DNA of 12,258 bases from contig CAWBHS010000013.1 of the NCBI GenBank assembly GCA_963788655.1, positions 1 to 12,258 on the forward strand, read 5' to 3'. Below are positions 1 through 7,367 of this stretch, piece after piece. The position numbers and the translations under genes were made by a program. This DNA comes from an uncultured Verrucomicrobiae bacterium. GTDB lineage: Bacteria > Verrucomicrobiota > Verrucomicrobiia > Limisphaerales > JAFGQR01. The first letter of the stretch is position 1. Each line of letters opens with the position of its first letter. The notes under the pieces are model-generated. The model did no database searches and was not told where the DNA came from. It saw only the letters and a program-made list of their open reading frames with translations.

Positions 1-101
1 TTGGATTCATGTGAAGTGGTCAGTAATGTGGAGTAGTGGGGGCGATCACTGCGGCTGGCGCGGGTTCGGCTCGTGTTTTACTTCACATTATTGACAAGGG
101 G
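1..101 (+). repeat. Left terminal inverted repeat (>=101 bp; may extend beyond window start)
   Basis: 1-101 is the exact reverse complement of 3462-3562; identity breaks at 102/3461. Contains ATGTGAAGT (9-17), ATGTGGAGT (26-34) and inverted ACTTCACAT (80-88). Confidence 0.97.
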
Positions 102-128
102 ATTGGGGTTTCCCGGTTGCTGCCGGGA

Positions 129-2438
129 ATGAAAGCAATATTACCTTGCAAACAGTTTCGTATGCCTCCAGGGCCTCGGTCCCGGTATCGTCAACTGCCG
201 GTCATTGGTCCGGTCTTGGACGATATGCTGACTTGGCTTCGGCACCACGAATACGCCGAGTCGACACTCCGTAATTACCTCAAGGGGATCAGTTGCCTGA
301 TCCGCTGGCTAAAACGACGCCGAGGACCTGCCCTCAAGGGACTCACGCAACTGGATTTGAGTGCGGCCTACGATTGGTTTCGCTTACGTCGTCCGGATGT
401 GGCCGGCACGACGCGCGCCGTGGAAAGATTCTTTCGAGATCAGCAACTGATTCCCGAAGGCCAGGCCGCTCCGCTCCTGGCTTCGGAGCGGGAGTTGCAA
501 GCTTACGGCACTTATTTGCGAGAAGTGCGCGGCATGGCGGAGTCGACTATCGCGGGGCACCAGAACCGCCTCCGGTTCTTCCTGCGATTCCTGAAGTTTG
601 ATCAAGACCCTGCGGTAATCCGCAGGTTACGGACAGACCGGATCGCGGCCTTTCTGCGCAAGGCGGCCAAAACCAACAACCGGTTTAGCCTCCCACACGT
701 CGTCGCCTCGTTACGTGGCTTTCTCCGGCGGCAGCATGCCCAAGGCGTTATCAAACAACCGTTACATCAGCAGATCGACACCCCGCGCACCTACCGACTG
801 GAGCAACTGCCGCGCGCGTTGCCCTGGGAGCCGATCGTTGCGCTGCTCCGCTCCATTGACCGCTCACAGCCGGCTGGTCTGCGTGACTTCACCCTGTTGT
901 ATATGGCGGCCCGGTATGGTTTGCGCAGCGGGGAGCTGGTGCGACTGAAATTGGAGGACATTGATTGGCGTGCGGGTATCCTGCAAGTCCCGCAAACAAA
1001 GACCCGGCAGGTTCTCCGACTGCCCTTGACCGATGAAGCCGGGGATATTTTCACGCGCTACTTAAAAATCGCTCGCCCACGCAGTTCGTTTCGCGAACTG
1101 TTCCTACGGCGACGAGCTCCGATGGGGCCGTTAGCCCCCACGGCCGTGCATGATATTTTGGAGCATCGCATCGGCCAGAGCGGTCTGGATCTTCCCCCGA
1201 TGGGCACGCATGCGTTGCGCCATTCACTGGCGGTTCACCTGTTGCGCCGCGGAGTTACGCTCGGAGCCATCGGGGATGTGCTGGGACATCGTGATCCAGA
1301 AAGCACCACCGTTTATCTCCGTTTGGCGGTCGACGATCTGCGTCAAGTGGGCTTGGGCGTGCCCCAAGGTGGAACCGCCGCCATGCTGGAACCCGCCGGT
1401 TGGAACGTCAAATTGCTCCGCGTGGGTCCCGTGCGAGCCTTGCCCTTGACCAGCGCGGATTTTCACAGCAGCTTGGCGAACTCCCTTCGGCTCTATCTGG
1501 CCAACCGTCGCGCTTTGGGCCGACGCTATGACCGGGAAGAGACCGTACTCCGACGGTGGGATGAGTTTCTGCATCGTGAGTTTGGTTCGGTGCGCCAAGT
1601 CCGCTCCGAGATGTTTTACCACTGGTCGCAGACCCTGACCAAACTCCACCCGACAGTGCTCCGGAATCGCCTGCGGATCGTGCGCAACTTTCTGCTTTTC
1701 CATGCCCGCCAGCATCCGAAAACCTTCATCCCGGATTTGGCGACCTTCCCCAAACCCAGCCCGCATCGTCCCCCATATCTGGTCTCGGCCTCGGAGATGG
1801 CCCGGGTGCTGGCCACGGCCGATCAGTTGCCAGCCTCTCATCAAAATCCTCTTCGACCTCAAACCGTTCGGTTGGCATTGCTCCTGTTGTTTTGCTGTGG
1901 CTTGCGGCGCGGTGAGTTGTTGCGCCTGCAATGGCGCCACTGCGATCTCCAGGAAGACCTGCTCCGCATCGAAGCCACCAAGTTCCACAAATCTCGCTTG
2001 GTTCCTTTATCCAAATCCGTCGCCCAAGCCTTACAATGGTATCGGGCACTGCGACGGCGTCGAGGGTTGGCGGTCCAACCCAACGATTATCTCATCTGGA
2101 GCGATAATCCCGTGGCTGCCACCCAAGTCTATAGTGCTTCCGCACTCGCCGGCAATTGGCAGTTCTTATGTCTAGCCACCGGGGGGCTAGACGAACGCGG
2201 TCGTCCCCCACGAATCCATGACCTCCGGCACAGCTGCGCGGTAGCCATTTTAGAGCGGTGGTACAAAACGGGCACAAATCTCCACACCAAGCTGCCCCAT
2301 TTGGCGACTTATCTTGGCCATGTTAATCCGGTTTCCACGCACCACTATCTCCACCTCACGCCGGAGCTGCAACAAGCCGCCAACCGGCGCTTCCATCAGT
2401 ACGCGTTCCCCATCTTTGCCGACGGAGGTGCCGATTGA
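129..2438 (+). CDS. Double tyrosine recombinase, RitA-like + RitB-like fusion (~769 aa)
   Basis: Two full catalytic sets. Module 1: YGLRSGE / QTKT / HALRH / LGH..STTVY (Tyr at 1314). Module 2: CGLRRGE / TKFHKSR / HDLRH / YLGH..STHHY (Tyr at 2346). Module 2 begins with the RitB-type FHSSLANSLRLYLANRRALG. The ORF-track start (GTG 36) lies inside the IR; ATG 129 or ATG 162 is more plausible. Confidence 0.88.
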   Translation: MKAILPCKQFRMPPGPRSRYRQLPVIGPVLDDMLTWLRHHEYAESTLRNYLKGISCLIRWLKRRRGPALKGLTQLDLSAAYDWFRLRRPDVAGTTRAVERFFRDQQLIPEGQAAPLLASERELQAYGTYLREVRGMAESTIAGHQNRLRFFLRFLKFDQDPAVIRRLRTDRIAAFLRKAAKTNNRFSLPHVVASLRGFLRRQHAQGVIKQPLHQQIDTPRTYRLEQLPRALPWEPIVALLRSIDRSQPAGLRDFTLLYMAARYGLRSGELVRLKLEDIDWRAGILQVPQTKTRQVLRLPLTDEAGDIFTRYLKIARPRSSFRELFLRRRAPMGPLAPTAVHDILEHRIGQSGLDLPPMGTHALRHSLAVHLLRRGVTLGAIGDVLGHRDPESTTVYLRLAVDDLRQVGLGVPQGGTAAMLEPAGWNVKLLRVGPVRALPLTSADFHSSLANSLRLYLANRRALGRRYDREETVLRRWDEFLHREFGSVRQVRSEMFYHWSQTLTKLHPTVLRNRLRIVRNFLLFHARQHPKTFIPDLATFPKPSPHRPPYLVSASEMARVLATADQLPASHQNPLRPQTVRLALLLLFCCGLRRGELLRLQWRHCDLQEDLLRIEATKFHKSRLVPLSKSVAQALQWYRALRRRRGLAVQPNDYLIWSDNPVAATQVYSASALAGNWQFLCLATGGLDERGRPPRIHDLRHSCAVAILERWYKTGTNLHTKLPHLATYLGHVNPVSTHHYLHLTPELQQAANRRFHQYAFPIFADGGAD
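2424..2429 (+). promoter_or_regulatory. Shine-Dalgarno for the RitC-like gene (translational coupling)
   Basis: GGAGGT 5 nt before TTG 2435 in a TTGA start/stop overlap. Confidence 0.7.
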
Positions 2439-3452
2439 AAAATCGGCCCCATCACCGTCTTAGCGTCTGCCTTACGGGGCTTCTTTACCGACTACTTGCC
2501 CCGGCAGAAAGCCATGAGCCCACATACGGTTGCCAGCTACCGAGACAGCCTAAAGCTGCTGCTGCAATTTGTCGCCGGGAAGAAGGCCGATCCCAGTCAG
2601 TTGGCCGTCGAGCAGTTGACGGTTGAGCAGGTCACTGCGTTTTTGCAGCATCTGGAGACCGAGCGCCACAATGCGGCCCGCACACGCAATGTACACTTGA
2701 GTGCCATTCACAGCTTCTTCCGCTATTTGGGGGCCCATTATCCCCAGCACCTGGCGCAAACTCAACGCCTCCTGAGTATCCCATTTAAATGCACCGCTTC
2801 CCGCGAGATCCAGCACCTGGAGTGTGCGGAAATCCAAGCGGTGCTCCGGGGCATCGACCAGCGGGTCGGCGAAGGTCAGCGCGACTTTGTGCTGTTAAGT
2901 CTGTTGTTCAACACCGGTGCCCGCGTCAGTGAAGTGGTGGGGTTACAAGCCTGTGATCTTCGTTTAATCCCACCGACCAGTGTTCTCTTGCGAGGAAAAG
3001 GCCGAAAGGAGCGAGTCTGTCCCCTTTGGCCGGAAACCGTCCGGGCGTTGCGGCAGTATCTGGAGGGCCGTGCCATCGGCCTCGAGGAAAAGCGCAGTGT
3101 GTTCTGCAATCATCGGGGATTTCCGCTCAGCCGATTTGGGATCCGCTGGATACTGCAAAAGCATGTCCATCAAGCCGCCCGCCATACCCCGACACTGAAA
3201 AAGAAGCGGCTTCACCCGCACAGTTGGCGTCACAGCACTGCGGTTCACCTCCTCCGATCGGGAGTCGATTTAAGCACTATTGCGCATTTGCTTGGACACG
3301 CGAGCGTGAACACCACTAATAAGTACATCACGCTTGATCTGGAGGCCAAACGGGAAGCTTTGGCCAAGGCAAAACCAATGTTGGCGCGCAACGGTCAGTC
3401 GGGGCGATGGCGATCAGATCAAAATCTGATCAAATGGCTGGAGTCGCTATAA
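2435..3452 (+). CDS. RitC-like tyrosine recombinase (~338 aa if one base is removed at 2438-2450; intact frame 2439-3452)
   Basis: RitC-type N-terminus LASALRGFFTDYLPRQKAMSPHTVASYRD extends upstream of the ORF-track start at 2496. Catalytic motifs TGARVSE / GKGRKER / HSWRH / LGHASVNTTNKY (Tyr at 3324). SD GGAGGT (2424-2429) precedes TTG 2435, which overlaps the upstream stop but is one base out of frame. Confidence 0.88.
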
Positions 3453-3461
3453 TCGTCAAAA

Positions 3462-3562
3462 CCCCTTGTCAATAATGTGAAGTAAAACACGAGCCGAACC
3501 CGCGCCAGCCGCAGTGATCGCCCCCACTACTCCACATTACTGACCACTTCACATGAATCCAA
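3462..3562 (-). repeat. Right terminal inverted repeat of the RIT-like element
   Basis: Exact reverse complement of 1-101; begins 9 nt after the RitC-like stop codon. Confidence 0.97.
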
Positions 3563-3852
3563 CGCCGCAACTTCCAGCGCCGCATCCGGATTGCAAATCA
3601 GCGCTCCGAGTCGGAAGTCGGAACGGAATAAACCCCGCTGGGGTGAATCCCATAGAAACGCAAATTTCAGAGAGGCGTCGCATCACCGAATTCCAGATTC
3701 ATCCGCATCGGCTTTGTCATCGACAGTCAAACCCGGCCATAGGTTGCAGAGCGCGCGCGAACCGCGGCATTCCGGCAGGGCGACACCAATGGGCCTTGTC
3801 AGCGATCATTCCAGCGCTCAACGCAGGGGTTGCCGATTGGCGCAAACCTGCT

Positions 3853-3876
3853 AGCGCAGAGTTGCAACTCGGCGCT
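3853..3876. repeat. REP-like palindrome AGCGC-A-GAGTTGCAACTC-G-GCGCT
   Basis: 24-bp palindrome with one mismatched pair in intergenic DNA. A related degenerate copy (CCGGATTGCAAATCAGCGCTCC) lies at 3586-3607. Confidence 0.55.
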
Positions 3877-3955
3877 GCGGGAAAGTCCAGTCCAGCTCCC
3901 CATCTCTTCGATAATCCTTGCTCGTATTCGAAGCAACCGGTTTGATCCTTGTACC

Positions 3956-6908
3956 GTGAAGCCAATCATCTTTATCAGTGCTCTGCTATTGGGCGTTGCT
4001 GCGATGGCCCAGGAGACCAAGACCGCAGCCGTCGGCCAGCGTCCTTACGAAATGGTCTGGGCCAATCGGACCAATGACGACCATGCACCGCTGGTCGATT
4101 TCGAAAACCTCTCCGGCTGGCACGTGGCGATCAAAGACGCGGAGGCTACGTTTCAGCGCACGCGCGAGGAACAAATTTGGGGCAAGTACGTCGGCAAATT
4201 GGCTTACCGCGGTGCGGGTAACCAACCTGAAGTCCGCGTCCTACCGCCGGCGCCGATTCCCATCAAGGTGCCCTTTGATGCCGTGACGCTCTGGTGCTAT
4301 GGCAACAACTGGGGCTGGGCGCCCGATCCGAAGACGCCGCAGGTGCGCCTTACGGCTTTGTTTGCGGATGCGTCGGGCAAAGAATTTGCCGTCTATCTCT
4401 TTAACGTCAATTGGACCGAGTGGTATCTGCTACACAAGCGGCTCACGCCGGAGCAAATTGAGCGCGTCAAGCACGGGGCCAGCTTCGTCGGCCTGCTCAT
4501 CGCCGGTGGCAACAATCAGGAGGATCGAACACTTTACTTCGACAACCTCGCAGTGTTCACCGAACAATTTCCGCCGCTCACCTTCAAGCCACGGCCCGAA
4601 CGCGGCGTTGCCATGTTTCCCGGCCAATCCGTGGGAGCCAACACGGGGCCGGGTAAACTACCATTCCCCACTCGTCCAGAAACCATTCTTCCCGATAATC
4701 TGACGTCGGATTTCAAAGTGACGACCCGCGCGCGGGAAAACGAATTCGAGCTGGTTTATGAAGGCAAGGACGGACGGTTGCTTTACCGGCTGAAACCACA
4801 AACAGGCACTTGGAGCGATGTCACTGCGGAAGGCGAACTTCGACCGCACGACAGCGCCGCGCCGGAAGGGAAAGCGGATTTCAAAATCCACCCATGCCTG
4901 GACGGTGGAGTTTACCTCGCAACCGCGAAAGGTCCGGTGCTGCCTGAGCGAGTTGAACATCTCGGCACCCAACAAAAGGGCGACACCATTGAATCTCGGT
5001 GGCGGCTGACCGGCTTCGGGTACGACCGCCGAGGTGACTTTTGTCTATCGGCTGTGGAACAAGTCCCTCGTCATTGATGTCCTGGCGCCCGGCGGTGGAA
5101 TTGGGGAGGTGCGCTTTGGCCGGGTTGCGGGATTGGACCACCCGCAGTTGGTGACCAATCCATTTTATCCGGCCGAAGGCGGACGCCCGGCGGTGGCGGT
5201 TTCGGGTTCCACCAACGCACCACTATTCCTGATGGGCAACGTGGATTGGTATCGCTCGAACGCCTCGATTATGTGGGCGGCCAACTCAGTTTCGGAACAA
5301 GGCGCGGTTTACAATGGCGGCACCCGCTACGTGCCGCTGACGAACGGCAAACGCAATGATTGCTTCGAACGATTCTTTATCACCATCGCGCCGCGCTTCG
5401 AGGAAGTGCTGCCCAATATCCCGAATCCGATCTCGCCCTGGAAACAGATCACCGGCACGCGACTCTGGCGGGCGCACGGGGCTTCCAATCGCGAGCGTGA
5501 CGCGGAGCATTGGACCGAGTGCCATCGCTGGGGCATGACGCAGGTCATCGTGACCGATCACGAAACCGGCTGGCGCGACGGCGGGGAGAGCTTCACCTTC
5601 CGCACCCGCGCCGCGCCGGGCAAAGGCGGAGACGCCGGCCAATACGATTACGCCCGGTTGATGCAGGATAAGCTGGGTTTCGTTTATGGTCCCTACAACA
5701 ACTACACCGATTTCGCGCCGGTGAATGAGTTCTGGAATTTCGACCTGATCAGCCGCACGCCGGACAATCAATTGCAACACGCCTGGATGCGTTGCTACGC
5801 GCCCAAACCGGCACGGGCGGTCGAGTATTGCGCCCGGTTGGCACCGCGGATCGAACAGAAGTTCCATTTCAGCACCGCTTATTGCGACGTGCATACCGCC
5901 GTCGCGCCGTGGCACCGCGTCGATTACGATCCGCGCGTGCCGGGGGCAGGCACCTTCGCGGCGGTCTTCTATGCCTACGGCGAAATCATGCTGCTGCAAA
6001 AGCGGGCCTGGGGCGGACCGGTCTATTCCGAAGGCAACTACCACTGCTTCTACAACGGGCTTACGGATGGCAATTACGGTCAGGACCAAAGCTATCGCCC
6101 GGCGGAGAATCCCTGGCTGGTGGACTTCGATCTCCGTAAAATGCACGATCTCGGTTGTAACTTCGGGATGGGCAATCCCGGTATGTTCTTCGCCAATGAT
6201 AAACACGCGATGGAGGAAGAAGGCTGGTTCGACCGATTTCTGGCCGCCACGGTGGCCTTTGGTCATCCCGGTTTTCTCACTTATGAAGGCGGTCTTCCGC
6301 ACGCGCTGAAAAGCTATTATATGCTCCAGCAACTGCACAGTCGCTATTGCCTCGCCAGCGCCTCCGACATCCGCTACGCCGACGCCGAGGGGAAGTTGCT
6401 GGATACTTCTGCTGCGGTGGCTAGCGGTGCTTACCGGCGATCACAAATCGTCACGCGATACAGCGACGGCACGATCACCGCCGCCAACGGCAGCAAAACG
6501 GAGCGCATGAAGGTCCAAGCGTACGGACGGGATCTCGATCTGCCGCCGAACGGTTACGCCGGGTGGACGGAGGACGGGCAGATCGAAGTCCTCAGCAGCG
6601 ATCCTCGAGGGCACCGTTGCGACTACGCCGCGACGCCCGCCTATCTGTTCATCGATGGCCGCGGGCAGTTCGTGCGTTTCCCGAAAGCAGCCGGCAACGA
6701 CATCGGCATCTGCCGGATGCTACCGGACGGCCAACATGAAATCCTGCTCTACAACAACGCCGAGTGCGGCTTTGCCATCACGGCTTCGTCGGCGATGGCT
6801 TTGGACAAAGAAGGCCAAGAAATGGGTCCGGCCGCATTGCGCACTGCGCGCGGATTGACTTACGTCATGCCAGTGAAAGGCGCGTTCAGTTATTTGCTCA
6901 AAAAGTAG
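3956..6908 (+). CDS. Large secreted protein, putative glycoside hydrolase (GH101/GH129/DUF5696-like barrel); one +1 frameshift near 5010-5012; ~983 aa when joined
   Basis: GTG 3956 gives a Sec-type signal peptide MKPIIFISALLLGVAAMA|QE. ORFs 3830-5077 and 5034-6908 join seamlessly (..SRWRLT-ASGTTAEVTFVYRL..) on removing one base. Aromatic-rich C-terminal half has YNNYTD, YCDVH and YSEG motifs. The family assignment is inference. Confidence 0.6.
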
Positions 6909-6928
6909 GACCGGCGTCCCGCCTGTCC
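6905..6928 (+). repeat. GTAG-type REP hairpin overlapping the stop codon
   Basis: GTAG leading into GGAC-C-GGCG TCC CGCC-T-GTCC, an imperfect hairpin with typical REP architecture; its TAG (6906-6908) is the stop of the upstream gene. Confidence 0.65.
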
Positions 6929-6989
6929 CGAACAGCCATAGGGCGTGCAATTTTTCTTTGGCGTCTTTGAGTTAGCGGTGATCGAACAT

Positions 6990-7136
6990 CGCGCAGCGTC
7001 TGGAGTGCGTGGAGCTTGCTCCCGCTTTGGTGAGGTGTTGCACGTACGCAAAGCAGTGAACCGTGCCTCAGACAATCGTTCGTTTCTTGACCGCCGAAAG
7101 CGCCGGCAAGCCGGACGCACTCCAAACGCTGGCGCG
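6990..7136. repeat. REPIN-like element: two inverted ~40-bp REP units
   Basis: 6990-7028 CGCGCAGCGTCTGGAGTGCGTGGAGCTTGCTCCCGCTTT aligns with the reverse complement of 7097-7136, CGCGCCAGCGTTTGGAGTGCGTCCGGCTTGCCGGCGCTTT. Each unit contains its own hairpin. Confidence 0.8.
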
Positions 7137-7367
7137 AGTCACGGCGCACCGTTTCAAAGCGAGTAAAATCTCCCCCAAAATCGCCCTTCATCGCTTTGCA
7201 TTTTCTTGCTGCATTTCGCATTTCAAACTGCAAGAGTGTTCGGGCAATGAATCGCAAGACAATGGCCGCCGTCCTTACGGGCGCGTTTTCTGACATCACG
7301 GTCCACTTCGAACCGCGCGACGTGTTCGCGCCCCGCCCCTGACCCGCAAGGCGATCCGTTCTACGGG

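Larger units (their letters stand above)
1..3562 (+). mobile_element. RIT-like (Recombinase In Trio) tyrosine recombinase element, variant with fused first two recombinases
   Basis: ~3.56 kb unit delimited by perfect inverted repeats (1-101 / 3462-3562). Contains three co-oriented tyrosine recombinase modules with RitA-, RitB- and RitC-type N-termini and a 4-bp TTGA stop/start overlap at 2435-2438. Size and organisation match known RIT elements (~3.5 kb). The left flank is outside the window. Confidence 0.88.

Noticed and set aside
9..90. Repeated boxes as a CRISPR array or integron attC
   Set aside because: Boxes are only 9-12 bp, there is no repeat-spacer periodicity or cas gene, and no RYYYAAC/GTTRRRY attC ends frame them.
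91..120. Perfect TTGACA in the IR (mirror at 3467-3472) as an inward sigma70 promoter
   Set aside because: No acceptable -10 at 16-18 bp on the left; the right copy gives only TAGCGA at 17 bp. Not supportable without TSS data.
36..128. N-terminal extension of the 800-aa ORF from GTG 36
   Set aside because: Starts inside the terminal IR and its binding boxes and does not resemble recombinase sequence; ATG 129 or 162 is more plausible.
1..3452. Chromosomal XerC/XerD or prophage integrase
   Set aside because: Three tandem modules with RIT-type N-termini and terminal IRs, no phage genes and no dif-like site.
3425..3453. TATAAT (3448-3453) overlapping the RitC stop as an outward promoter or ncRNA start
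   Set aside because: No convincing -35 or extended -10, and the hexamer is partly explained by the TAA stop codon.
3553..3945. ORFs 3553-3945, 3591-3854 and 3717-3965
   Set aside because: They begin in the IR or run through REP-like palindromes and have no recognisable motifs; likely intergenic.
5286..6338. Long antisense ORFs (also 1224-1988, 9806-10792, 11093-12208)
   Set aside because: Shadow ORFs opposite well-supported genes, expected in GC-rich DNA.
7198..7224. Three GCATTT repeats upstream of the EF-G paralog as an operator
   Set aside because: Short, irregularly spaced (13 and 7 bp) and low complexity; cannot be distinguished from chance.
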